Shown here in pieces: positions 7,225-17,056 of a stretch of DNA of 54,287 nt (position 1 is its first letter; each line of letters opens with the position of its first letter). The notes beneath the pieces were generated by a model that did no database searches, was not told the DNA's origin, and saw nothing but the letters and a program-made list of their open reading frames with translations. Location: IMG/VR virus record IMGVR_UViG_3300030117_006441, positions 1-54,287 of that record, one strand, 5' to 3'. This DNA is from a virus. Taxonomy: Duplodnaviria > Caudoviricetes. The position numbers and the translations under genes are program-made.

Positions 7225-10200
7225 ATGGCAAAAGATGTTTTAAATATAGTAGATTTTTCAGGTGGTATAAATAAAGCTGTAGACAAAAGAGATTTAGAAC
7301 AAAATCAAATTGTAAGCTCAGATGGTTTAATAAGTTATAGACCAGGAAAATTAACACTTGATGGAGCATTTAATACTATTCCAGGATTGAATGAAAATGT
7401 AGGTAGTTTTTCATCTCAATACATTTCTGAAGGAATACCTAATTTGTATGCTGTATTTCCAGAATTTGGATTTCGTATTTTTGGTAAAGCGACATGTTCA
7501 GGAGTTTCTGGTTCTACTGGTACTTTTAATGTTGAACCAGCTAGCTCCTACCATTCTTTAGATGTAGGTGCTAAATTAACAGTAGTTAAAACAAGTAATG
7601 ATGATGAGTTATTAGGTAAACATTTAATTGTTACGGAAATTGTAAGCAATACAAGTTTTAAAGCAGAAGATTCAACAGATGTTACAGTAAGTGGTACAAT
7701 ATACTATGCATTAAATGCAGATTACGATTCTACAAGTAGTTTAAATTGTTTACCTTCTAATTCTTATAAAAATAATAAGTTTTTTTTAAAGGCTGCTCAA
7801 TATGGTAAATTTGGATTTTATAATATAGGTGACTTTAGATATTGGTATGGTAATTCAGATAGTGGTTATACTAATTTTTTTAGTAATGATTCTTGGTTTT
7901 TTGATACACAATATTTATGGGATTGGAAGCAAGATAGGGGTGGTAATGGAGGAGGTTTTTCTATTAATGATATAAAAGTTTTAGATGCTTACTATGACAA
8001 TGGTTGTTTTAGATTATTATTAGATGCTCCTAAAAAATTTGAAAAAGGACATTGCAAACGTCCTGTAGGATTATATGCAATATCTTCTAATAAATACTAT
8101 TTTAATAAAGATTCTGCAGAAGAAAAAGTAGTTATTAATAAAGGATGGTATCCATTAAGAAGTCATTGCTTAAGTCCTGAAGAATATCATCATAAAACAG
8201 AGTTTATTAATGATGAATCTGATAATCCTCATAATTATAATGGAGCTGGATTTATAGCTACTGACTCTACTGATGCTACCTTATCTGAATTTGATTCTTT
8301 AGTTCCTGATCCAATAGGTGCTAGCTATAATAACTCAAGTTTAATAGTAAATCAAATATCTGTAGGAATTGGAACTGGTAATAATGCAAAACCTGGAGAC
8401 TGGCAATTTGCTTCTAATGAAATAGATTCAACTATTGGATTAGGAGTTTCATTTTTATATGATAATATAGATAATCCCTTAGAGTCTTCAATTAGTAAGT
8501 TAGTTGTTAATACAACACTAGCTGATACTGTTCCTATAGCATCAGGACAAAATGACAAGGCTTTATATTTATATTTTAAATTATATACTGGTGCAAACAC
8601 ATTAACAGCAAATCAAAATGAATTTTTATCTGGAATAGAAGATGGAAAGCATTCTGTTTCTGAATTTCGTGGATCAGATATGAATAATGGGTTTTCTAAT
8701 TTTGGTGCATGGAATCCTAGAATTGTAGGTGCAAATATATGGCTTATGCATAATAATGAAGGTCCTATTGAAGATCCTTTATATTTAGCAACTGTTAATT
8801 TTGATTATAATTCAAAAACTAAAAGCTTTTCTCATGATGGAATAGAAGCAAGTGATAATTGGCAAACAGCAACTCAAGCAGGAGTTGTTCATCAATTAAT
8901 CCCAGGTATACCGTCTTTACCAGTTTTAAGTTATAGCTTAAAAAATGGTTATAAATATACAGATAATATTCATGCTTGGTATAAAACTTCAGCTATAGTA
9001 AACAGAAGATTATACGCAGGAAATGTATCGTATTATTCTAAGCCTATTAATGATATATTAAGAAATGAAAGTCCAATAAATTATCCCGATAGAATTTTAA
9101 GATCACCAGTTAATAAATTTGATATATTACCAGAATCAAGTTTTTTAGACATTATGAATAATGATGGTCAGGATATTGTAAAATTAGTTAATTTTAATCA
9201 AAAATTATTAGTATACAAACAAGATGATTTATATGTTATAGATTGTTCTGGTGAATTTGAATATTTAGAAACAACACATAAAGGAGTAGGTATAAGTTCT
9301 GCGACAGCAGTTTGTTCTACACCTAATGCTATTTACTGGTTAAATAGTCAAGGCGTTTATGCTATGGATGCAGAAAATCCTCCTGTAAATATTATAAAAT
9401 CTAGATTAGGTACTTCTGAATGGATGCAAAAAATATATAATACTTTTTCTCATATTGAATACGAACCTCAAGATAATTTATTAATTATATTTTCTAGATA
9501 TAAAGATTTAGTATCAGATGTTAGTACAGATAAACATGCTTTAATTATTAATATTGCTACTGGGGGGTTGTATTTTAAAAGTAACCCTTCTGTAATTATA
9601 GGTTCTCAATATTCTAAAGGAGTAATTGCAAATAACAAATTATATGTATCTATTAATGGCGAAGGCGGAGATAGTGAAATGTTCCATAGTCAAAACAGCA
9701 CACAATTTGTTGCTGGTTCAAAAGCGGAGTCTACAGTTTCTTTTAAAATCAATAATACAAGTCACAATCAAAGCTTAGGTGGTACAAATAATAAATATCT
9801 AATGATATACAAAGGTTCTTCCTGGGTAAAAATTAATAATCTTGCATTTGTAGAAACAGTAAATTATACTTTTAGTGATGTAGCGGCTACTACATTAGTA
9901 CAATTATATAATGAAAAATGTAATACATTAAATACAAATAACTCAGATTACACTCATGCATTAAATTTTACTATGGAGTCAGATGGTTTAACTGTAAAAG
10001 AATATACTGCAACAGTTAAAGCAAAAAACACTGGAACAGCATATAGTATGGGTAGTACTTCCGTTACTGGTTATGGGTCTACTAATTATGCATTTAGTAA
10101 TGATGGTACTGATGGAAATTTAGGTATAGGTGACTTAACTAATTTTTCTGTAATAAATAATACTGCTGGTGTAAATGCACAAGCTGGTGTATTTCAAATT

Positions 10201-11025
10201 TTTGCTAATAGAGGTGAAAGAACAAATCCTGGAACAGAATATACTTTACAAATACAATATGGAGTAAATGTTGGAAATGATGCATTTGAATCTAGAATTA
10301 TAAAAGCTAATTATATTACCTCTTCAAACCCTAGTGAATTATATAATGCAGCAACAAGTTCTAATTATTCAAATGATTCTGATCCAAGTGCAAATAATCT
10401 TACTAACAGTAATGCTTTAATTACTAATATTCATGAATTTTTACAAAATAATTTTATTGAATCACAAGGTAATGAAATGAGTGATTTGACTGATCATTTT
10501 ACATTTAGTTCATTAAATACAGATTCAGATGGAAGTGTTACAGGTGTTACTAATTTAAAATATTTTACAATGACAATGAAAACATCATCTCCATTTATTG
10601 ATTATAGCGATACTTTTATAACAGCATATGCTACGGGAGGAAAAGGTGGTTCAATATTAAGATGGGAAAGCGATACAAAAAATAATCACAATAATATTAT
10701 ATTAGAAACTAAAGATTATGACTTTACTCAACCTAATGTAAGAAAAAAAGTATATAAAGCTTATATAACATATAAAGCAGATTCTAATATCAAAGTGTAT
10801 TATCAAGCAAACCAAAGTGGAACATTTGTTTTAGCAGATGTAAAAGACTCAGTTACAGATAATACATTATTGCATAGTACAGAATATACTAGAGGAGAAA
10901 TTACATTTGGATCTGGAGGTAATAATATATATTCATTTAGTTTAAAATTTGTAAGTACAAATGAATGTAAAATATTTGATATTAATGATATAAGTTTTAT
11001 ATATAGAATTAAAAGAGCTAAATAA
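7225..11025 (+). CDS. Tail nozzle / DNA stabilization protein (P22 gp10 / crAss muzzle-like)
   Basis: N-terminal DFSGGIN, propeller-like middle, C-terminal ETKDYDFTQPNVRKKVYKAYITY. Confidence 0.65.
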   Translation: MAKDVLNIVDFSGGINKAVDKRDLEQNQIVSSDGLISYRPGKLTLDGAFNTIPGLNENVGSFSSQYISEGIPNLYAVFPEFGFRIFGKATCSGVSGSTGTFNVEPASSYHSLDVGAKLTVVKTSNDDELLGKHLIVTEIVSNTSFKAEDSTDVTVSGTIYYALNADYDSTSSLNCLPSNSYKNNKFFLKAAQYGKFGFYNIGDFRYWYGNSDSGYTNFFSNDSWFFDTQYLWDWKQDRGGNGGGFSINDIKVLDAYYDNGCFRLLLDAPKKFEKGHCKRPVGLYAISSNKYYFNKDSAEEKVVINKGWYPLRSHCLSPEEYHHKTEFINDESDNPHNYNGAGFIATDSTDATLSEFDSLVPDPIGASYNNSSLIVNQISVGIGTGNNAKPGDWQFASNEIDSTIGLGVSFLYDNIDNPLESSISKLVVNTTLADTVPIASGQNDKALYLYFKLYTGANTLTANQNEFLSGIEDGKHSVSEFRGSDMNNGFSNFGAWNPRIVGANIWLMHNNEGPIEDPLYLATVNFDYNSKTKSFSHDGIEASDNWQTATQAGVVHQLIPGIPSLPVLSYSLKNGYKYTDNIHAWYKTSAIVNRRLYAGNVSYYSKPINDILRNESPINYPDRILRSPVNKFDILPESSFLDIMNNDGQDIVKLVNFNQKLLVYKQDDLYVIDCSGEFEYLETTHKGVGISSATAVCSTPNAIYWLNSQGVYAMDAENPPVNIIKSRLGTSEWMQKIYNTFSHIEYEPQDNLLIIFSRYKDLVSDVSTDKHALIINIATGGLYFKSNPSVIIGSQYSKGVIANNKLYVSINGEGGDSEMFHSQNSTQFVAGSKAESTVSFKINNTSHNQSLGGTNNKYLMIYKGSSWVKINNLAFVETVNYTFSDVAATTLVQLYNEKCNTLNTNNSDYTHALNFTMESDGLTVKEYTATVKAKNTGTAYSMGSTSVTGYGSTNYAFSNDGTDGNLGIGDLTNFSVINNTAGVNAQAGVFQIFANRGERTNPGTEYTLQIQYGVNVGNDAFESRIIKANYITSSNPSELYNAATSSNYSNDSDPSANNLTNSNALITNIHEFLQNNFIESQGNEMSDLTDHFTFSSLNTDSDGSVTGVTNLKYFTMTMKTSSPFIDYSDTFITAYATGGKGGSILRWESDTKNNHNNIILETKDYDFTQPNVRKKVYKAYITYKADSNIKVYYQANQSGTFVLADVKDSVTDNTLLHSTEYTRGEITFGSGGNNIYSFSLKFVSTNECKIFDINDISFIYRIKRAK

Positions 11026-13145
11026 TGTCTAGAATAAACTCAAAAATAAGACAAAGAATAAACTCTGATAAATTATCGATTAAAGATAAAAGACCTAGTA
11101 ATAGTGAAGGTCAAAACGGAGATATAAGAATTGCTACAGTCAATGGAGTAAATATATTATTTGGTAAAATAAGTGGCGAATGGTATAATTTTGGTAATGG
11201 TAAAAAAATTGGATATAGAAATAAAGCTGCATTAAGACAAAAAGTATCAGATGACCATATACGTCAGCTAAATGTTGATGCAGATTTATTTATTAAAAAA
11301 GCAAAATTTAATGTTACAGATATTGATTATTTAACTATTGATTCTAAAGTTTTTGATATAGAATCTAGTAACACTGTAAGCAAAATATATATAGGGGATG
11401 TTTCATTACAACCTACTTGGGGAACAACAGGCTCTACATTAAAATTAGAAAACGCAGAAGGACATGGTTCAGATTTAAAAATATTAGGAGCTGGTAGTAC
11501 TGGTACAAATAAAAACGGAGGAAACACTATAGTATCTTCTGGTTTAAAAACAGGCTCAGGAACAAGTGGATCTATAACTTTAGGAGCAGGAGATAGTGGA
11601 ACATCTGCCGCTGCAGCTTTAAATGTCAATGCTACTAGTACTGTTTTATCAGGAACATTAACTATAAATAATATTGATACCGATACAGCAGGAGATAATT
11701 ATTTAGTTGAAGTAAGTGGAGTAGTTAAAAAAAGAACTCCAGCAGAAGTATTGTCAGATATAGGAGTAACATTTGGTATTGCTGATACTAATGCAGTTAG
11801 AATAGATGGAGGAGATATTGCATCTGGCGAATATGCTAGATTTACATCTAACGGATTAGAAAGTAGAACGCTTAATGAAATAAAAACCGACATAGGTACA
11901 GATAATAGTTCATCTAGTGCATTAGTACCATCAGCTGGTACATCTGGACATTTTTTAGCACATAATGGGGCTTTTGCTCAAGTAGCATATTCTAATTTAT
12001 CTGGTACTCCTACTATACCTACTAACTATGTAACTGACAATGCAGATGATACTATGGCTGGTACATTAACTATTGATAAAGATTCTACTCAAATTGGAGG
12101 CCAATCAGACTATGGAATATCAATTGATTATGACCATACAGGAATAACAGCAGAATTCCAAACTTTAAGCAATTTTGGTCTTGCAGTAGACGTGAATAAT
12201 AGTACTATTACTCATGTTGGAACTCATAAAAACTATGGCATTGCTAACAGTGTAAGGTCAAATACAACAGGTACAAGTGAAGTTTATGGAATTCATAATT
12301 ATGCAAGTGTAGGAGATACTGTATATGGAATTTATAATAAAATGTTAGCAGCAGGAACCACGGGGTATGGTATTTACCAAGAAGTTGATGATGGAGATAC
12401 AGATTATATTCAGGTAAGTAGTGCTAATACAGCTGATTATTTTAAAATGTCTACTACTGCAAATGGAGTAACTGTATTAGAAACTATAGATGCTGATGCT
12501 CAGTTAGCACACTTAACAATACAACCTGATGGAAAATTTCTTATGGAAATGAATAATATGGATGGAGAAGATGATGCTTGGGCAATACTTAATAATGGTC
12601 ATAATGCTATGACTTTTAAAAGTGAAGAAGGAGCAGAAAATTACTTTAAGATATATGATACAACAGGTTCTACTCCTACTAATTATTTTGAAGTAGAAGT
12701 GCAAAATCACGGAGTAACACTAATTAAAACTATTGATTCTTCAGCAGCAAATGCACATTTAACAATTCAGCCTGATGGAGATTTAAAATTTCGCCCTTCA
12801 AGTGGAATTACAACATTATTGGCAGGTAGTAATGTTAATGACTTTGGTAAACTTACCGTAGGAACTGATGGAGATTTAACAATATCAACTACTGATGCTG
12901 CGGCAGCTAATGCACACTTAAAATTTGAACCTGACGGTAGTTTTTTAATTAAAGAAACAGCTAATGCAGGTGGTAATGTTGCTAACTATGGACAACTATG
13001 GGTTAAAAATGACACACCTAATAACTTGTACTTTACAGATGATTCAGGACAAGATGTTGCTATAACTAATAATGGTAGTTTAGCAGGAGGAGGTGGAGGT
13101 GGTGGTGGTTTAAATTCAATAGTAGCAGCAATGGTATTTGGATAA
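11025..13145 (+). CDS. Tail fibre / spike protein
   Basis: G/T/S/N-rich, internal repeats, poly-Gly linker; follows the nozzle gene. Confidence 0.65.
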   Translation: MSRINSKIRQRINSDKLSIKDKRPSNSEGQNGDIRIATVNGVNILFGKISGEWYNFGNGKKIGYRNKAALRQKVSDDHIRQLNVDADLFIKKAKFNVTDIDYLTIDSKVFDIESSNTVSKIYIGDVSLQPTWGTTGSTLKLENAEGHGSDLKILGAGSTGTNKNGGNTIVSSGLKTGSGTSGSITLGAGDSGTSAAAALNVNATSTVLSGTLTINNIDTDTAGDNYLVEVSGVVKKRTPAEVLSDIGVTFGIADTNAVRIDGGDIASGEYARFTSNGLESRTLNEIKTDIGTDNSSSSALVPSAGTSGHFLAHNGAFAQVAYSNLSGTPTIPTNYVTDNADDTMAGTLTIDKDSTQIGGQSDYGISIDYDHTGITAEFQTLSNFGLAVDVNNSTITHVGTHKNYGIANSVRSNTTGTSEVYGIHNYASVGDTVYGIYNKMLAAGTTGYGIYQEVDDGDTDYIQVSSANTADYFKMSTTANGVTVLETIDADAQLAHLTIQPDGKFLMEMNNMDGEDDAWAILNNGHNAMTFKSEEGAENYFKIYDTTGSTPTNYFEVEVQNHGVTLIKTIDSSAANAHLTIQPDGDLKFRPSSGITTLLAGSNVNDFGKLTVGTDGDLTISTTDAAAANAHLKFEPDGSFLIKETANAGGNVANYGQLWVKNDTPNNLYFTDDSGQDVAITNNGSLAGGGGGGGGLNSIVAAMVFG

Positions 13146-13154
13146 GGAGAATAA

Positions 13155-13547
13155 ATGGCAAATGTAAATTTAGTAAGCACAACATCAATATATGCAGAGT
13201 CGGTTGGATTTAATTTAAGTAATACTTTAACAACTACTCTACTAACGGTGTCTGCTAATAAATTAATTAAAATCAATAGAATCACTTGTGCTAATGTAGA
13301 TGGTTCTTCACAAGCAGATTTAGATTTGTTTGTAACTAAAGCAAACTTTACTTCAGCTGGTGTAACAAACTTTGATACATCAGGAAGTTTTTATATAGCT
13401 AAAACAATATCAGTTCCTGCTGACTCTACATTAATAGTTTTAGATACACCAATATATTTAATGGAATCAGATGTTTTAAAAGGAGGAGCAAGTGCTTCAG
13501 GTGATTTAGATTTAATTATATCATACGAAGTATTTGATGATGCATAA
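13155..13547 (+). CDS. Tail fibre-associated structural protein
   Basis: Beta-rich (CANVDG…ISVPADSTL…ISYE); strong RBS. Confidence 0.55.
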   Translation: MANVNLVSTTSIYAESVGFNLSNTLTTTLLTVSANKLIKINRITCANVDGSSQADLDLFVTKANFTSAGVTNFDTSGSFYIAKTISVPADSTLIVLDTPIYLMESDVLKGGASASGDLDLIISYEVFDDA

Positions 13548-14419
13548 TGGCTAAATGGAATGCAAATATTATTAGTAAAAATGCTAGATATAGAACTCAA
13601 ACCAATGGCTTGGCAAGGGGTATATATTCTTTAGATGAACAAATTCAACATATAAGTGCAGAGAATTGGCCTTCGCCTATTAATAATACCATTGGAGATG
13701 ATGGAGGTTATCATTTACCTAATTTAACAATAAATGAAAATACTGTTGCTGGAGATAATGCAGATAATTATAATGTAGTAACTGTTCCACTACCTAGTGA
13801 TGCTTCTCAAGGAAGAGTGTATATTGCAATGCAAGTTACAGCTAGCACTACTTATTATAATGATTTTGTTATTGGAGCAGTACAAATACCACATGCAGAT
13901 GGTGCTAGTTTAAATACTACAAGTGACACAACTACTAATGTAAATTGGAATATGAATAATACTACATATGGATCAGCATCATGGGAACGTGGAAGTGCTA
14001 GTACAGCTGGTAATAATACATTGTCTTCTATATCAGGATATACTTGGACTAGTATAACATCTGGAAATACTGTTAGAAGATGGAATAGAGCAACAGGTAC
14101 TAGTAGTCAGAGAACAGGTGCTGCTGGTGGTATTAATATAGCGGCTGATTATAACATATTTAGTGAACTAGGAGACTTAGGCCCAGCTGGTGATTCAGCA
14201 GCAAGAATACCTCAAACAGGAGCTAATTTCTATATATATGCAGAAACAAGCGGTATTACTCACGGAGAAATTGTATGGGCTAGAAGTCCTGAAGTTACAT
14301 TAACAGGTAGTAATCATATATTAGTTATATGTTATCATGCTTATACTAGCAGTGGAGGAATTGGAATGGTTAATACTGATGCCAAACCTTTAATTAGAGT
14401 TTATTGGGATGAATCATGA
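13547..14419 (+). CDS. Distal tail fibre / receptor-binding domain protein
   Basis: T/S/N/G-rich; WNRATGTSS…TG and FYIYAETS are reminiscent of MAM-like domains. Confidence 0.45.
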   Translation: MAKWNANIISKNARYRTQTNGLARGIYSLDEQIQHISAENWPSPINNTIGDDGGYHLPNLTINENTVAGDNADNYNVVTVPLPSDASQGRVYIAMQVTASTTYYNDFVIGAVQIPHADGASLNTTSDTTTNVNWNMNNTTYGSASWERGSASTAGNNTLSSISGYTWTSITSGNTVRRWNRATGTSSQRTGAAGGINIAADYNIFSELGDLGPAGDSAARIPQTGANFYIYAETSGITHGEIVWARSPEVTLTGSNHILVICYHAYTSSGGIGMVNTDAKPLIRVYWDES

Positions 14420-14712
14420 TAACATCTGATATAACAATAAATCAATCTAATAATACTACAAGTTTAGACTTTACTGCATTTAGTTCAATGGAAGAAAATG
14501 ATTACTTTGAATTAAATGTTAATAATATATCAATAAAATTAAATGTTAATGCTAATATGTCTATAAATGATTTTACAGAATGGTTAGCTAATAATTGTAA
14601 TAATAATTATGATTTTTATAGCATAGCGACTGCTAGTAACAATGATAGTGCATTAAACATAACAAGCAAAACATCAGATCAACTAAATGTTGAATATGAT
14701 TTTAATAGATAA
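14416..14712 (+). CDS. Hypothetical Asn-rich protein
   Basis: ORF track; ATGA overlap. Confidence 0.5.
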   Translation: MITSDITINQSNNTTSLDFTAFSSMEENDYFELNVNNISIKLNVNANMSINDFTEWLANNCNNNYDFYSIATASNNDSALNITSKTSDQLNVEYDFNR

Positions 14713-14717
14713 AACTA

Positions 14718-14746
14718 TTGTATAAATGAAAGAGAACTTATATATT
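14718..14746 (+). promoter_or_regulatory. Sigma70-like promoter for the ejection protein / RNAP operon
   Basis: TTGTAT-N17-TATATT in the intergenic gap before ATG 14779. Confidence 0.5.
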
Positions 14747-14778
14747 AATATGAAGGATTTTAAAGAAAAGGAGATAGT

Positions 14779-15558
14779 ATGGCCCGAAATATAGGTGATG
14801 TATTTTTAGCAATAGATAAATCTAGAGAACTAGAACAAGAATACGCTATATTAGAAGAATATAGAAAAAATAGAGAAAAAGAAGCTGAAGAAGCTACTAT
14901 CGGTCAATTTTTAGGAGGTATAATTGGAGGAACTTTAGGATTTGTTTTTGGTGGTTTAGCAGGAGCTGCTAAAGGATTTGGATATGGAAGTGCTGGCGGT
15001 AGAGTTAGTCAAACATATGATGATTATACATTATCAAAAGAAGATTTAAAATTTTTTGAAGGTGGAAAATTTAATAGAGCTGATGATTTAAGATTAAAAG
15101 AAGAATTATTAGACTCAGCAAAAGACACAAGAAAAGCAGAAGCTTTAGGAACATTAGGTGGTATAGCACAAACATATATTGCTTCTTCTAAAATGCCTAA
15201 AGTTAGTGATTTTTGGGAAGATATGAGTATTGCAGAAAAAATAGAATTTACTGGTAAAGAACTTTTTGATAAAAAAGAAGATTCTTATGCTTTTTCTGAT
15301 ACTATTAATGTTAAAGCTAAAGGAACTGATATTCCCTTTTCAAAACAATCACTTCCATTTAAATCTGCTGTTAAATCAGCAGCTAAAGGAGTTTTTACTC
15401 CTGGCACAGCTGCAAATGAGCTAGCAAGATTCATATCTAGTAACTATGGTGTTAGCAATTATTTACGTGGAGGTACTATTAATGACTTAGTAGGTCAATA
15501 TTTAATGTCAAGTATACTACCACAATCTATGAAACTTATACAAGATAAGGATAATTAA
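14779..15558 (+). CDS. Ejection / pilot protein with glycine-zipper hydrophobic segment
   Basis: GQFLGGIIGGTLGFVFGGLAGAAKGFG. Confidence 0.5.
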   Translation: MARNIGDVFLAIDKSRELEQEYAILEEYRKNREKEAEEATIGQFLGGIIGGTLGFVFGGLAGAAKGFGYGSAGGRVSQTYDDYTLSKEDLKFFEGGKFNRADDLRLKEELLDSAKDTRKAEALGTLGGIAQTYIASSKMPKVSDFWEDMSIAEKIEFTGKELFDKKEDSYAFSDTINVKAKGTDIPFSKQSLPFKSAVKSAAKGVFTPGTAANELARFISSNYGVSNYLRGGTINDLVGQYLMSSILPQSMKLIQDKDN

Positions 15559-16166
15559 TGCCTGAATACAATCCAAATAATTATACATCGCAACAAATTG
15601 GAGAAGATTATTACGAATGGGTACAAGAGTATTTAAATAGTCCGTTTGGAAGCTTAGCAGATTTATATCAACCTGTATTACCAATAGATGATGATAGTAC
15701 AGAACAATTTGAAGATTATTTATCAGAAGAAAATCCAGGAATGTATAGTTTTTATAGTAACTTAATAAGTCCTTGGATTACAGATGATGATGATTTTGAA
15801 AATTTTTGGGGTACTTACGGTAATTATTTTTCTCAAGATTATGAGTTAGGCCCAGCAAGTATTAATAGAGAAATAAGATTAGGAAATGTTCAACAAAAGC
15901 AGTTGCAAGATCAATATCAAATGAATTATCAGTCAATGGAATCTCAACTAGGTTCAACAGGATTTTCAGGAAGTGGGTCTCAAAGCAATTTGTTAAATAA
16001 TTTATGGTCTGAATATATTTCTCAAAGCCAATCAAATCAATTACAAACAAACCAAGCTTTATCTAATATATATACATCTCAAGGTGATAGTATTTTAGAT
16101 ACATTAGAAGATTTAGGTAATTTAGGTGCATTTAGTGAGCTTGGTACTGATAATGGAGGTGGGTAA
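15558..16166 (+). CDS. Very acidic internal virion protein
   Basis: Only 1 Lys and 2 Arg in 202 aa; position in the ejection module. Confidence 0.5.
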   Translation: MPEYNPNNYTSQQIGEDYYEWVQEYLNSPFGSLADLYQPVLPIDDDSTEQFEDYLSEENPGMYSFYSNLISPWITDDDDFENFWGTYGNYFSQDYELGPASINREIRLGNVQQKQLQDQYQMNYQSMESQLGSTGFSGSGSQSNLLNNLWSEYISQSQSNQLQTNQALSNIYTSQGDSILDTLEDLGNLGAFSELGTDNGGG

Positions 16167-17056
16167 TGTCTTTACTTGATCAAGAACAATTTTTAATACC
16201 TCTTTTAACACAGGGTACTGCAGATAACATAGAGTATCATGACCCTGAAAAATTTTTAGAAGAATATGGTATGTATTTACCTGAATATGATTCTACAGAT
16301 GAAATACTTAAAGCTCAAGAGCGAGATATTTTACAACAAAATATTATATCTGGTGCAAAAACAAATTTTAGAGAGTTAGAGCCTAATATAGGTAAAATGT
16401 CAAATATTAATACATATTATAATACTGGCAATCAAAATATGTTAGATACTATTTCTAATCAATTAAGTATTGTTAATATAAAAGCTTTAGAAGATAAAAA
16501 AAGATTGCAAAAAAGTTATTTACAAGATATGTATTCTAGTGTAGCAAATTTAGCATATGAAGGTGCTTTTGATGAAGAAAGTCTGGGAATGGAATCTATT
16601 TCTGAAAGCGAAATAGAATCTCAATATCCAGGTTATTTTGGATTAGATTCTGCTGATACTAGTACTGGTCAAGCAATAAATGAGCCTGAGGAAAATATTA
16701 ATATATTTACTGCTCCTGATATAACGTACGGCAATCAACCTAATTTTGTTAATATCATTGAAAGTAGTTTGCTTGAGGCATTACAAATAGATAATCCAGA
16801 CGATTTAAATTTTACAACTGATATGATTGACCAGTCTTACTGGGAAACATTTACTGAATTTACAGGTCAAGCTAATGATGCTTATGCAACTTGTTTAGAA
16901 GGGGCAACTACTGCTTCTGAACAAGAATTTTGTGCTATGAGTTATCAGGCTGATACTAATAATATTAATCAAATTATAGCTAGTTCATTTGTTTGCGATC
17001 CTAATAGCGATTATTATAATGAAGAAGCTTGTTCAAATATATCTTTAGGAGGATAA
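16166..17056 (+). CDS. Acidic internal virion protein, partly similar to 15558-16166
   Basis: Shared YGxY…Y and LxxxGAF patterns. Confidence 0.5.
   Translation: MSLLDQEQFLIPLLTQGTADNIEYHDPEKFLEEYGMYLPEYDSTDEILKAQERDILQQNIISGAKTNFRELEPNIGKMSNINTYYNTGNQNMLDTISNQLSIVNIKALEDKKRLQKSYLQDMYSSVANLAYEGAFDEESLGMESISESEIESQYPGYFGLDSADTSTGQAINEPEENINIFTAPDITYGNQPNFVNIIESSLLEALQIDNPDDLNFTTDMIDQSYWETFTEFTGQANDAYATCLEGATTASEQEFCAMSYQADTNNINQIIASSFVCDPNSDYYNEEACSNISLGG

Noticed and set aside
13084-13110. GGW repeat in the tail fibre gene as a contingency locus
   Set aside because: Mixed GGA/GGT codons encoding a poly-Gly hinge; in frame and not a pure slippage tract
11025-14419. Diversity-generating retroelement acting on the tail fibres
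   Set aside because: No reverse transcriptase and no template/variable repeat pair differing at adenines was seen
15558-17056. Virion proteins ending in Gly-Gly (…NGGG, …SLGG; also …CGG at 2160) as possible extra Ubl-like substrates
   Set aside because: For the first two, the GG codons are the GGAGG Shine-Dalgarno of the coupled downstream gene; none of these proteins looks like a beta-grasp fold
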